Of a stretch of 39,919 nucleotides of DNA, positions 30,012-39,919 are shown in pieces (position 1 is the first letter of the stretch; every line of letters begins with the position of its first letter). The translations under genes and the position numbers were made by a program. Source of the DNA: an uncultured Planctomycetaceae bacterium (lineage in GTDB: Bacteria; Planctomycetota; Planctomycetia; Planctomycetales; Planctomycetaceae); NCBI GenBank assembly GCA_937952455.1, contig CALFYU010000076.1, positions 1 through 39,919 of the forward strand, given 5' to 3'. The notes under the pieces were generated by a model. It had not been told where the DNA came from. It did no database searches and saw nothing but the letters and a program-made list of their open reading frames with translations.

Positions 30012-31409
30012 CTACGGATCGAGGGTATAAGCGGCCATGCCGTGCTCGACCATGTCCAACCCGGAGATTTCTTCGTCGGGCGATACACGCAGCATGCCAA
30101 TCCCCTTCAGTCCGAGGAATAAGGCAAGCATCGTGATAAACGCCCAGGCAGGAATCACTGCCGAGCCGATAATCTGCGTCACAAGGTTTGTGTCGCTGCC
30201 GAAAATTCCCGTGGCGACTCCGCCCCAAACACCGCAAAGGCCGTGTACGGGAAACGCCCCCACAGGGTCGTCAATCTTGAGTTTGTCCAGGGCGATGATT
30301 CCGATCACCACCAGCACGCCGGCAATGGCACCGATGACAATGCTCTCAACATTGGTCACGCGATCACAGTTGGCGGTAATGCCCACCAAACCTGCCAAGA
30401 TGCCGTTGAGGGCCATCGACAAGTCCGGCTTCTTGAACATCACCCAGCTGAGCAGCATCGCTGCAAATCCGCCGGCTGCCGCTGCGAGAGTCGTATTGAC
30501 GGCGATCAACATCACAGCGTTGGTGTTATCAGACCCGGCGAAGGCCAACTGGCTACCGGGATTAAAGCCGAACCAACCCACCCACAGAATAAAGACGCCC
30601 AGCGTGGCGATCGCCAGGTTGTGCCCCGGCATGGGAATCGACTTGCCTTCGGGCGAATAACGGCCAATCCGCGGTCCCAACACGATGGCTCCGGCCAAAC
30701 CTGCAAAGCCTCCCACGGCATGCACCACGATTGACCCGGCAAAGTCTTGGAATTCCATCAATTGGAGCCAGCCACCGCCCCACTTCCAGAAACCGCTGAT
30801 GGGATAGATCAGACCTGTCAGAATCGCACTGTAGACGAGATAGCCAACAAACTTCATACGCCCGGCCACAGCACCGGAAACAATCGTCGCAGCCGTTGCG
30901 GCAAATGCAACTTGGAACAGAAAGTCAACCTGTGGATTGAGTGTTCCCGCTTCGCTGGTCGGCGGCGTTTCACTGACGCCGAATCCTCCAAACCCGAAAT
31001 ACGGGTTTTCCGACGCAGTTCCCGGATACATCAGACTGTAGCCGATGGCATAGAACAGGAGACACCCGATGCAGAGGTCCATCACGTTTTTGAACAGAAT
31101 GTTCACGGTGTTCTTACCGGCATTGAAGCCCGCTTCCACCATTGCGAATCCGGGCTGCATGAAAATGACCAGCACGGCGGACAGAAACAACACGACGTTG
31201 TCGAACGCGTAGGCCATCTCGGCATCGGACACCGTGGCGGGTTCCGCCGGTGCTTCCTCTTCGGCCGGTGCCTCTTCCCCTTCAGCCGGCTCAGCGGCGG
31301 CCGCTTCCGCGGGAGGGGTTGCCGGCGCCTCCTGGTAGGCGGCGAGTCTCCCAGCAGGGATCGCCACGCACAGAAATATGGCAGCAGCCATGGTCAGTGC
31401 AGTACGCAT
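30012..31409 (-). CDS. amtB: Ammonium transporter
   Basis: FQVAFAATAATIVSGA, DFAGSIVVH, WFGFNPGS and DDPVGAFPVHG (twin His). N-terminal signal peptide plus an Ala/Pro/Glu linker. Confidence 0.96.
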   Translation of the reverse strand: MRTALTMAAAIFLCVAIPAGRLAAYQEAPATPPAEAAAAEPAEGEEAPAEEEAPAEPATVSDAEMAYAFDNVVLFLSAVLVIFMQPGFAMVEAGFNAGKNTVNILFKNVMDLCIGCLLFYAIGYSLMYPGTASENPYFGFGGFGVSETPPTSEAGTLNPQVDFLFQVAFAATAATIVSGAVAGRMKFVGYLVYSAILTGLIYPISGFWKWGGGWLQLMEFQDFAGSIVVHAVGGFAGLAGAIVLGPRIGRYSPEGKSIPMPGHNLAIATLGVFILWVGWFGFNPGSQLAFAGSDNTNAVMLIAVNTTLAAAAGGFAAMLLSWVMFKKPDLSMALNGILAGLVGITANCDRVTNVESIVIGAIAGVLVVIGIIALDKLKIDDPVGAFPVHGLCGVWGGVATGIFGSDTNLVTQIIGSAVIPAWAFITMLALFLGLKGIGMLRVSPDEEISGLDMVEHGMAAYTLDP

Positions 31410-31720
31410 GTCACAGGTTCCTCTTTCCAAAGACTAAAAGGACGGTACGGATCGGTAGCGCAGAATGAGATCGAAGTCCAATTCACCCACACACGAGAAT
31501 TGGACCAAAAGCCTTAGAATTCAGCCGGCCTCGCAGACACCGTGATTCCCCGCGGCGGAACCCTCTGAGCAAAACGGGTTTCTAGAACCGCCGTCCTGCC
31601 CTGCACCAGTGTGCCGGTCTTTCACAGCTACCTGCGCCGAGCCGGGAACTCCCTTGCAGCGATGTCGTCGTTACAAATGAGGGATTCCCCAAAGGACCAC
31701 AGATAGCCATGATGTGGAAT

Positions 31721-31737
31721 TGCAACTTTCGTGCCCA
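31721..31737 (-). promoter_or_regulatory. Sigma54 (-24/-12) promoter upstream of amtB-glnK
   Basis: Minus strand TGGGCACGAAAGTTGCA (GG-N10-GC with CACG and TTGC). Confidence 0.72.
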
Positions 31738-31981
31738 ACGGGCGGGCGGTGTGTGTAGTTTGTTTGCAATCCGTTTCTAGCAAAGCGATTGCGTCTGCCG
31801 TTTCATCTCGAAAACTTGCGGGCGAGGCCCGCTGATAAGCAGCTTGCAAAGAATTAGCACAACCAACGCGCGCAATGCAGGCATATCGGCCCATTCACGA
31901 CGCCGGGTGAAGGATGTGATCTTCGCTTAAGATAGGGGCCGTCGGGCGGAGGCGGCCTGGTCGATGGCCCGATATCAAGAA

Positions 31982-32013
31982 CAGCCGCCCACCGAATATT
32001 CGGCGGGCGGCTG
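31982..32013 (-). terminator. Probable terminator after the porin gene
   Basis: CAGCCGCCC-accgaa-ta-ttcggc-GGGCGGCTG hairpin, followed by TTCTT on the minus strand. Confidence 0.6.
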
Positions 32014-32073
32014 GGGAGAGACTTTCACAGATTCGCGTACGAAAGACTCGTTCGCGTCGGTCGTTCACTTAAC

Positions 32074-33315
32074 TTAGAAGGTCAAGATCGCGTCGACGGC
32101 GAAGATGTCCTGCGTGTATTCGTCGTGCGGGAACCAGTCATGACGGTATTCCGGACGAACAATCAGGTTTCCAGTCGGCTTGTAATTGACGCCGAACGTC
32201 GCTTCGTAGTAGGAGTGCTGGCCACCTCGGGGCAGCGTTTGTCCGCCGTGGTCGAAACCAGCGTCAGAACTCCACCATTCCACCCGCGACCCGAGCTTTA
32301 CTTCGTCGTTAACGGTGTAGAACAGGTACTGGTTGACACCATATTCGTTGTTTCCGCCGCCAGCCGTGTTCAAGGAAACCATGTCGCTTTGGAAAACGTA
32401 GTTCCACTTGTCGGTCAGGGCAAAGTCGGTCACGATGCTATGCGAGTAACCGTCGCCGCGAGCACCCATGTTGCCGGCCGTGAGGATGTAGGTTAACGTG
32501 ACTTCTTCGGTCAACGCCAAGCTGGCACCACCGAGGAAGTTGCTGCCGCCGTCGAGTTGATCGAAGCCGGTGTCCCATCCCAACGTCCAACCGCCGTACA
32601 GGGTCACATCGTCGCTGGCCTTGTAGGTGGCCAACACGCCGGTGTGAGTAAACGGCTCGCTGTTGTACATGGTGTACGCGTGGCTGAAGAAGAAGTTGTC
32701 CGGCGCGGGCACGACTTCATAGCCGATCAGCGTGAAAAAGTGACCGAACTTCACGGACAGGTCGCCGTTGGCGATTTCACCGTAAAGCTGCGGCATGGCC
32801 CAACCGTAAATCCCGTGGTCCCACCCGTTCAGGTAGTCCCAACGGCCGGGGTTGTTCCCGAAGGCTTGGGTGTCATTGGCGTCGGTACCGTACATGAAGT
32901 CCATGCGGGCACCCCAGTCCCAACCTTTGGAACCGTCGGCCACCTTTTCCATGTACAACCAGCTTTGGTGGTTGTTGAAACGGTCCGGGTCGCTGTTGAA
33001 CATCCCAGTCGACTCGCTGGTGTAACCCCACTGGGTCCAGCCGCCGACGTCGAAGCCCATGACGGGATCGGAGAAGAGCTTCCAGGGGTCGCTGGACTCT
33101 TCTTCGCAACCGCCGCCGCAGCTATTGTCACAAGCGACGTCGCAGCTGGGAGGCGCTTCACAGGAACCGCCGTTGTAGTGAGAAAAGTGATTGGCAAACT
33201 CACCGGCGTCGGCGCCTTGGGGGGCAAGTAATCCGGCACCGCCAATGAGGAGCGAGGCAGCTATTGTTTTGCCGCGCGACATAACGTCTAAGATGTTTTG
33301 CAGAATGTCCGGCAT
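32074..33315 (-). CDS. Outer-membrane beta-barrel porin (BBP2/OmpL-like)
   Basis: Signal peptide (ADA/G), DFMYGTDA, GHFFTLIGYEVV, NFFFSHAY..SEPFTHTG and RPEYRHDW motifs; C-terminal Phe. GGAGG SD before ATG 33315. Confidence 0.88.
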   Translation of the reverse strand: MPDILQNILDVMSRGKTIAASLLIGGAGLLAPQGADAGEFANHFSHYNGGSCEAPPSCDVACDNSCGGGCEEESSDPWKLFSDPVMGFDVGGWTQWGYTSESTGMFNSDPDRFNNHQSWLYMEKVADGSKGWDWGARMDFMYGTDANDTQAFGNNPGRWDYLNGWDHGIYGWAMPQLYGEIANGDLSVKFGHFFTLIGYEVVPAPDNFFFSHAYTMYNSEPFTHTGVLATYKASDDVTLYGGWTLGWDTGFDQLDGGSNFLGGASLALTEEVTLTYILTAGNMGARGDGYSHSIVTDFALTDKWNYVFQSDMVSLNTAGGGNNEYGVNQYLFYTVNDEVKLGSRVEWWSSDAGFDHGGQTLPRGGQHSYYEATFGVNYKPTGNLIVRPEYRHDWFPHDEYTQDIFAVDAILTF

Positions 33316-33645
33316 CGGATCCTCCGTGCACGCGTCGCTCCATTGGTTTTGGAGCAATTTGTTAATAAATCAAGCTGGCTGACAATTCGCGATGGGCTCT
33401 GATTCAGCCCTTGGTCTTAATCGCAACACGACTGTTCAGCCGCTCGGTAAGGGTGGTCAGTTCGTTCCAAGCGGTGCGCGTAGCGCAATTCGCATGATTT
33501 GGCTATCGGAATGAGCGGCGAAATCGAATCAAGTCGCGCTCGCGGTACCGGATTTTCGGCAAAACGCAAAAAACCGATCCCCGACGTATGCCTTACCTAG
33601 TCCGCCTAGCTTTCTGAGCGTTCGTTGAGCAAACGGCGAACATTC

Positions 33646-33712
33646 TGCGAATAGAACGTGCAAACTGTTTCCAACAGCGGGATTATTGCTCGTATTGCTT
33701 ACCGGATAAGCA
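33646..33712. promoter_or_regulatory. Pair of NtrC-like boxes upstream of the porin
   Basis: TGCGA-N7-GTGCA (33646-33662) and TGCTT-N7-AAGCA (33696-33712), 50 bp apart. Confidence 0.45.
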
Positions 33713-33856
33713 AACTTCGCGCATTGCGGAGCAAAAATTTTTTTGAGAATTATTAATGAGATATGGGTTCCGAGATGATAAGCGACCGGTGGACGCCCTT
33801 CACGACCCCGGCGCGGACCAGCGTCGCCTGGCTGAAATGGATTTGCCAACATCGCT

Positions 33857-34573
33857 TCAAAACGTGATCAGCGACTTCATCTCACGAACCGCTTCCTCGA
33901 ATCCGACCATCAAGGCCCGCGCGACAATGCTGTGGCCGATGTTCAGTTCGCTCACTCCGTCAATCTCGGCAATCGGGACCACGTTGCGGTACGTTAGCCC
34001 GTGCCCCATGTGGACGAGTAGCTCCTGATCCAGACCCGATTCGGTCGCCGCGATCAGCTGATCCAACTCCTCGTCGCGGGCGGCGCCGGTCGCGGCATCC
34101 GCGTAGCGGCCGGTGTGCAATTCCACCGCTTCGACATCAAGCGCGCGCGCGGCTTCAATCTGCCGCAGGTCGGGATCGATAAACAGGCTCACGGCGATCC
34201 CCGCGGCTTTCAGGTGGTCGGCACAGCGACGGATCTTTTCGATCTGGGCGATCACGTCCAATCCCCCCTCGGTGGTGATTTCCTCCCGTTTTTCCGGAAC
34301 TAGCGTGACCTGATCCGGTTTCACCTGCAGGGCGATGGCGGTAATCGCCTCTTCGGCCGCCATTTCCAGGTTCAATTTTACTTGCACCGTTTGCCGCAGG
34401 ACGTGCAGATCCCGGTCCTGGATATGCCGGCGGTCTTCCCTCAGATGCAAAGTGATCCCGTCCGCACCCCCAACCTCCGCCAAGACGGCCGCCCACACGG
34501 GGTCCGGCTCAATCGTACGGCGGGCTTGGCGGACGGTTGCGACATGGTCGATGTTGACACCCAGGGCAGGCAT
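33857..34573 (-). CDS. pdxJ: Pyridoxine 5'-phosphate synthase
   Basis: [50 protein letters not shown] and ELNIGHSI motifs. Confidence 0.97.
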   Translation of the reverse strand: MPALGVNIDHVATVRQARRTIEPDPVWAAVLAEVGGADGITLHLREDRRHIQDRDLHVLRQTVQVKLNLEMAAEEAITAIALQVKPDQVTLVPEKREEITTEGGLDVIAQIEKIRRCADHLKAAGIAVSLFIDPDLRQIEAARALDVEAVELHTGRYADAATGAARDEELDQLIAATESGLDQELLVHMGHGLTYRNVVPIAEIDGVSELNIGHSIVARALMVGFEEAVREMKSLITF

Positions 34574-34690
34574 AACGGCACTTTCGGATTTGCTGCGGAT
34601 TAACGAAGATAGTGAAGCTATGACGAGCGACACGATAATCGCCGCAGAGGTTCGTCGCCAGTCGCCACGACGACGCAGGGGAGAGAAAAC

Positions 34691-35482
34691 TCAACCGTCG
34701 GTTTGCGCCGCCGCACATGCGTGGACCCAAGCCAACGTTTCTGAATCCACTGCCAGCGACGGCCGTGAGTCATAATGAACAACGTCGGCATATCGACCGC
34801 GTTGATAGGCCACCTCAAAAACGGCCGCCAAGTCGACTTCGATATCCCGGTCCGGTGCGCTCAAGGGGACTGGAATCGTCGGAATCGGTGAGCGCAGATC
34901 CCAGGCATACACTTCGCAATTCGGCCGGTTTTGAGCACGCGACAGCAGCGCATAGGCATGCCCCGGCGGAAGCGGCCGCTGCAATTTCAGGCGTTGCCCG
35001 CCCAATAACAGGTCCAATTCCAGGAGATTCACATCTTCGCGAAGTAACTGCTTTTGTTTTTGCACGTACTGGCTCAATCCCGGTTCACATTTGTTCGAGG
35101 GAGAAAGCAACTCAATGACCGTCACCAGTGAATGATCGTCGCGCCGCACGATCTCCACAAACGTCTGGCGGAGTTCCTCCTGAGAATCCATCCGATGAGG
35201 AATTGTCGTCGGCCGAGCTTCGGCGACCGCTGAAGTAGAGGCCGCGGAACCGGCACTGGATTGGTCGCGAATAATCGCCACATCGGGGATCACAATCTTG
35301 GCCTGCCGGGAGGCCTCGTCGTGAGTAATCAGACTGATACGCTCGCCGATGCTGGCGTGGTAGCGGCTAGGTAGTTTGTCGGCGATTTGGTCGCTGAGGT
35401 ACGTAATGAACCGAGCGTGGAAATCTGCCCAAAACCCCTGGGATTCCAGGTAGGGATCGACGCCAGGGAACGGACATTTCAT
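34691..35482 (-). CDS. DUF4058 family protein
   Basis: N-terminal PFPGVDPYLE..WADFH, VIELLSPSNK, LLELDLL and IPVPL..PD..VDL motifs. Confidence 0.88.
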   Translation of the reverse strand: MKCPFPGVDPYLESQGFWADFHARFITYLSDQIADKLPSRYHASIGERISLITHDEASRQAKIVIPDVAIIRDQSSAGSAASTSAVAEARPTTIPHRMDSQEELRQTFVEIVRRDDHSLVTVIELLSPSNKCEPGLSQYVQKQKQLLREDVNLLELDLLLGGQRLKLQRPLPPGHAYALLSRAQNRPNCEVYAWDLRSPIPTIPVPLSAPDRDIEVDLAAVFEVAYQRGRYADVVHYDSRPSLAVDSETLAWVHACAAAQTDG

Positions 35483-35586
35483 GACGGACTTACCTTAGCT
35501 GCGGCAGGTCGACGTGAGTACTTCATTCGTGACAACATCTGAACAATTATACCCCGGTTACAAGGGTCATCCCAGTCCTTCATCCT

Positions 35587-36630
35587 TCAGTCGCGACCAA
35601 ACCGCCCGCTCGTCAGTCCCGCCAGCCAAGAACAGCAATACATCGGCCGGGGAACGGTCGATTCCATGGCGAACTGCCATTGCTGGTCCGGTGTGCCGGC
35701 TTGGGCGGTCCCCAGCAGAATCTCGACCAGCGTGGCGCTGCTTTCGTAGGTGATCACCCGGACGTCCTCGGCTTTGCGATCAATGCGCGCATACAAGTCG
35801 TCCAAGGCGGCCTCTTCGTAGCCGATGCTGTCGATCAGCCTGTTCTTGAGCGCATCGTCGGCGGTATAGACTTCGCCGGTCGCCAGCTCACGAACCTGGG
35901 ACACGTCCAACTCCGGGCGGTTTTCGGCAATTACCCCGATAAAGCGGTCGAAGGCTTGCTCGATGATATTATCCCATACCGCCTGTTCGTCCGGCGTCAA
36001 TTCGCGAAACGGGCTGAGCGCGTCCTTAAACGGCCCCGTCTTGATCGGCTTGGACTCCAAGCCCATTTTGTCCGCCAGGCCGATCATCTGCATGCGGGGA
36101 ATGATGACCCCGATCGAACCGGTCCACGTCGTCGGTTCGGCAAAGATCTTACCCTCCGTGCCGGCCCCCATGGCGACATACAGCCCGCCCGAAGCGGCCA
36201 TGCTCTTCATGTGCACCGCCACCGGCTTCGATTCGCGCAGCTCCTTGATTCGGTGATAGATTTCATGGCTGTCTGCGACGGCGCCGCCGGGGCTGTCGAT
36301 TGATAACAGCACGGCTTTGACGTCCGGGTCCTCTTTGGCGTGACGTATTCGCCGCAAGATCCGATCGGTGTTGGGGGGCATGATCACCCCTTGGACCTTG
36401 ATCACGGCGATCTTGTCTGTGGAGGTTTCGCTGCCGGAATAATACTGTTCGATCGGCTCGTTGCCGTCGGAAAAGTAGGCCCGGTACTCCTCGTACAGGT
36501 AGAAATTGACCGCCACGGAAAAGGCCAGTGCCACAAGCAAGAATCCGATGAGCCACCGGCGGCGCTTGGGCGGACAGGGAGGGGACGGGGGAGGCGGATC
36601 AGCTCTGTTCACGATTTGCGTGCTCCGCAA
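35587..36630 (-). CDS. sppA: Signal peptide peptidase SppA (36K type, peptidase S49)
   Basis: IDSPGG, MAASGGLYVA, TWTGSIGVI and IKTGPFKD motifs; N-terminal TM helix. Start uncertain (36630 TTG or 36612 GTG). Confidence 0.9.
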   Translation of the reverse strand: MRSTQIVNRADPPPPSPPCPPKRRRWLIGFLLVALAFSVAVNFYLYEEYRAYFSDGNEPIEQYYSGSETSTDKIAVIKVQGVIMPPNTDRILRRIRHAKEDPDVKAVLLSIDSPGGAVADSHEIYHRIKELRESKPVAVHMKSMAASGGLYVAMGAGTEGKIFAEPTTWTGSIGVIIPRMQMIGLADKMGLESKPIKTGPFKDALSPFRELTPDEQAVWDNIIEQAFDRFIGVIAENRPELDVSQVRELATGEVYTADDALKNRLIDSIGYEEAALDDLYARIDRKAEDVRVITYESSATLVEILLGTAQAGTPDQQWQFAMESTVPRPMYCCSWLAGLTSGRFGRD

Positions 36631-37094
36631 TGGCAGAATCGAACGATTGGCTACAAGTCAGCCGCCAGGCGTCCGGTCCTTCCGTGCCCGGCGGCTTATT
36701 TTATGATAGCACACAACCGCCGGCGACCAAGGGTGACTGAAGCCGCATGCCACTCCGTCACGATTCGCAAGCACGGCCAGCCCTACTGGTTCGCCCAGCG
36801 ACAAGAAGGTGCGCCATGTGCGTTGATTGTTGAATGAGCGCACATGGCGCTGCGTCTTGTGCCTGACGGCACCCAACCGCTACGCGGTCGGGCCACCACT
36901 TAGAAATAATAGCCGTTCAATTTGACATTTCGCATTAGACGAAACGCTCACTTCCCACCATTCAAAGCAGCGTATTTTCAGATAGGCAACGCCGCACGCG
37001 ACGTCAAGCCGTCGGTTGGAGCTTTGCGGATTCACCCCCGAAGATCCGTGATGGACCCGTGTTAATCTGTGGTTCATTAGCCCCGGCAGGGAGC

Positions 37095-38171
37095 CTAGTG
37101 AAACCAGCCCTTGCGGTGGATCCACAGCAGTAGGCCGCCCGTCGTCAGCAGCATCAATGACAACGCGTAGGGATAGCCGTATCGCCATTTCAGCTCGGGC
37201 ATGTCATGGAAGTTCATTCCATAGAGTCCCGCGATGAAACCCAACGGAATGAAAATCGTGGCGATGAGCGTCAGCGTCTTCATCACGTCGTTCGAGCGAT
37301 TGCTCAACGCGGTGAGATGGAAGTCGCGGAGGTCTGAGCAGCTTTCGCGGTAGGTGTCGATCGCATCGCCCAGTTGAATCGTGTGGTCGTAACAGTCGCG
37401 GAGAAAGACCCGCGATTCCTCATCGATGAGCTGATGCTCATCCCGCAGCAGCGAATTGACCATTTCGCGATGGGGTCGCAGCGCCCGGCGGAGCTCAAGC
37501 AGTTCGCTGCGAAGCGAATGGATGTCGGCGATCGAAGCCCGTCCCTTGGTATTGATCAGGATCTCGTCCATTTTGTCGAGGCGTTCGCCGTACGATTCTA
37601 CGACTGGGAAGTAATGGTCGATCACCGAATCGAGCAGTTCATACGTCAAATAGCCGGTTCCTCCGCTCCGCAGCCGCCCGCCCGATTTTCGGATGCGTTC
37701 CCGCACCAAATCGAGGCAGTCCCCCGGTTTGCCTTCCTGGAAGGTCAGCACGAACTTCTCGCCGACGAAGAACGAAACTTGCTCGGTGCTGATTCGTGCC
37801 CCTTCGTGCACCATGCGGGCCACGATGAATAAATACTGGCCGTAGTCGTCGACTTTGGCCCGCTGATGCACGTTCACCACATCTTCCAGGGCCAGCAGGT
37901 GCAGGCCGAACATCTCGCCGAGCTGATTGAGAACCCCGCCGTCCCCCAGGCCGTCGACATTGACCCACGTCACGTCATATTGTTCGGTCAGGTCTTTGAC
38001 GCCGCGGACTGAGTCTAAGGTCTCATCCAATAGATCGCCGCTGGTGTATGCCATGACGGTGATCACCGGTTTCGGCGCATCGGGATGGGTCACGATGGAA
38101 CCAGGCGTGGCACCCGGCGGCGTTTGGCGCGCAAAGGGACGGAGGATGGAATCCCCGATTCTACGTTTCAT
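37095..38171 (-). CDS. corA: Magnesium/cobalt transporter CorA
   Basis: LHLLALEDVVNVHQRAKVD, EQVSF, GLYGMNF..MPELKWRYGY and two C-terminal TM helices. Confidence 0.95.
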   Translation of the reverse strand: MKRRIGDSILRPFARQTPPGATPGSIVTHPDAPKPVITVMAYTSGDLLDETLDSVRGVKDLTEQYDVTWVNVDGLGDGGVLNQLGEMFGLHLLALEDVVNVHQRAKVDDYGQYLFIVARMVHEGARISTEQVSFFVGEKFVLTFQEGKPGDCLDLVRERIRKSGGRLRSGGTGYLTYELLDSVIDHYFPVVESYGERLDKMDEILINTKGRASIADIHSLRSELLELRRALRPHREMVNSLLRDEHQLIDEESRVFLRDCYDHTIQLGDAIDTYRESCSDLRDFHLTALSNRSNDVMKTLTLIATIFIPLGFIAGLYGMNFHDMPELKWRYGYPYALSLMLLTTGGLLLWIHRKGWFH

Positions 38172-38193
38172 GGTCGGCCCCTCTCGGTGCTAA

Positions 38194-39919
38194 TTACGCG
38201 GCCTCGTGCTGAAACCGTTCCTGAAATGCGCCCAGCAGTGTTTGGTCAATGGACCGCAAATGCAAGTCGCGCTGCGGAAAGGCGATCTCGATTTTGGCGT
38301 TGCGGAACGCTTTGTCGATCGAGGTGGGCAATTGGTCGATGACCATCAGGCGATTTGCGAGATCCGGCAGAAACGTGCGGACCACGAGACTCAGGCTATT
38401 GTCGCCTAATCCTTCAAACGTCACCCGCGTCGGTGGGTCATTTAGGATCAATGGATGCTCCTCGCAGGTGCGCAGCAGCAATTCCTTGGCGCGGTCGACG
38501 TCGGAGCCGTAAGCGATGCCGACATTGATCACCACGCGATTCGTCTTGTCCGACAGCGTCCAGTTCAGCGTGCGGCCGGTGATGAATTCCTTGTTGGGGA
38601 TCACGTATTCTTTGCGGTCCCAATTCGTGATCGTCGTGGCCCGAATGCGAATGCGCGACACGACGCCCGAGATGTCATCGACCGTGACCACGTCCCCCAC
38701 CCGAATCGGCCGCTCGAACAACAAAATCAATCCGGCGACGAAATTGGCGAAGATCTCCTGCAATCCGAACGCCAAACCGAACGTCAGCGCCGTCGCCAGC
38801 CACTGCACTTTTGACCAGCCGACCGAAATCGAGTTGAATGCGAAGATCACCCCCAGCAGCACAATGGCATAGCTGGTGACACTCGTGATGGCGTAACGGA
38901 TCGAATTGTCCAGCGGCAGTCTTTGCAGGACTGATAATTCCATCAGTCCGGGGATATTGCGAGCGCAAACGATCGTGACAATGCCGATCAAAACGGCCAA
39001 CCCCAGGTCGGCGACCGTCACGGTCCGCACAAATTCCGTCGGGTGTCCGGGCAAAGTGGCGGCATCTGTGGAATCGGTGGATGACTGCGAGGAAAGCAGA
39101 CCCGAGGGAAGCACGCCGGCGGGTCCCGTGGGGGCCACTTCCGTGACGGTCGTCGTCCAGACCGGCCATTGGTTTAGAAACCGCAGGGCCGGTAAGACGT
39201 CGACCCACACCAACCACATGCCGACCAGCGTGACCGCCGTCAGTCCCGTGCGGATCAGGCGCCGGCTCTGTTCCGTATTGGCGGCGACATCCAGTTCCGA
39301 AACCTCCAAGGGCACAATCTGACTGGGGCCTTGCGGCGTCGGTTCGTTTGCGTGTTCGCGCAGGGCGGCCTCGTTGGCGCGGCGTTCCTTGGCCTGCTGG
39401 ATGCTGATTGCCCGCCGATGGACCAAGAGCAACCGTTGCAAAAATGCTCGGATCAACTGTACGACCACAATCAGCACAAACGAGGCATAAATCCGCCACG
39501 ACAAATGCTGCGCGGTGTAATAATAGCCGGCGATCGTCATGCCGGCGACCGCCAGCGGAATCAGGACGCAACCGCGATACCAGATGGGCGTGAGGCGATC
39601 GAACCAGCCGCCGCGGTTGGCGGCCAGATACTCGCGAAAGATTCCCAAATCGGGCCGGAGCACGCGGTTGAGGAACAGCGAAAGTGCCAACATGCCCAGC
39701 ACGAAACAGACCCGCTCCATGGTATCCAGCCCATGTTCGGGATCGCTCGAATAAAGCAGCGAAGTGATGAAGACGATCGTCAGCCCGAATAACGTGGCCC
39801 ACAAGAGATTGCCGCGAAACACGGCGATCGTCGAGGGGGGCCAGTCAAAGTGCGAATCGGCCAGCCCATGTTTGCGGCAAACGCGCCGCATCAGCTCCAG
39901 CGGAAAATAAACCCACGCG
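38194..39919 (-). CDS. Large MscS-family mechanosensitive channel (MscK/KefA-like), 5' end beyond the right edge
   Basis: WSKVQWLATALTFGLAFGLQEIFANFVAGLILLFERPIRVGD, IRIRATTI and IPNKEFIT motifs. The frame is open to the window end. Confidence 0.9.
   Translation of the reverse strand, partial: AWVYFPLELMRRVCRKHGLADSHFDWPPSTIAVFRGNLLWATLFGLTIVFITSLLYSSDPEHGLDTMERVCFVLGMLALSLFLNRVLRPDLGIFREYLAANRGGWFDRLTPIWYRGCVLIPLAVAGMTIAGYYYTAQHLSWRIYASFVLIVVVQLIRAFLQRLLLVHRRAISIQQAKERRANEAALREHANEPTPQGPSQIVPLEVSELDVAANTEQSRRLIRTGLTAVTLVGMWLVWVDVLPALRFLNQWPVWTTTVTEVAPTGPAGVLPSGLLSSQSSTDSTDAATLPGHPTEFVRTVTVADLGLAVLIGIVTIVCARNIPGLMELSVLQRLPLDNSIRYAITSVTSYAIVLLGVIFAFNSISVGWSKVQWLATALTFGLAFGLQEIFANFVAGLILLFERPIRVGDVVTVDDISGVVSRIRIRATTITNWDRKEYVIPNKEFITGRTLNWTLSDKTNRVVINVGIAYGSDVDRAKELLLRTCEEHPLILNDPPTRVTFEGLGDNSLSLVVRTFLPDLANRLMVIDQLPTSIDKAFRNAKIEIAFPQRDLHLRSIDQTLLGAFQERFQHEAA

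Noticed and set aside
31602-31616. Second sigma54 promoter for amtB (CGGCACACTGGTGCA)
   Set aside because: GG-to-GC spacing is 9 nt rather than the strictly required 10.
36631-37094. Possible small gene or ncRNA in the sppA-corA gap
   Set aside because: The candidate ORFs overlap neighbours, lack SD sequences or motifs, and show no convincing RNA structure.

Overview
GC-rich bacterial chromosomal window, most likely from a planctomycete (Planctomycetaceae-like). That call rests on DUF4058, a BBP2-type porin, a DUF11/OmcB-like lipoprotein, 'MPIKFRCPKC'-type zinc ribbons and prenyltransferase-repeat proteins. Housekeeping genes (ettA, tartrate dehydrogenase family, sat, purM, pdxJ, sppA, corA, an MscS/KefA-like channel, a truncated Wzc/GumC-like gene) surround two notable modules. 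(1) A ~12.7 kb co-oriented minus-strand cluster (6918-19604) encodes an apparent non-canonical Tol/Ton/Agl-like envelope machine: ExbB/TolQ, two ExbD/TolR proteins (one with an N-terminal zinc ribbon), a TonB/TolA-topology protein, an FHA-TM-TPR-beta-propeller protein, a TPR-fused orphan family-5 solute-binding protein, a TolB_N/FlgT-like exported protein and an exported prenyltransferase-barrel/HEAT protein. A DUF11 lipoprotein follows it. (2) A nitrogen-assimilation cluster (porin-amtB-glnK-glnA) has sigma54 -24/-12 elements and NtrC-like boxes. Also present: a ~1040-codon membrane/TPR gene interrupted by one in-frame amber codon followed by a hairpin, an orphan ParD-like antitoxin, and two REP/MITE-like palindromic elements. 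No rRNA, tRNA, CRISPR array, transposase or integrase was seen. All domain calls come from motif recognition by eye, not database searches.
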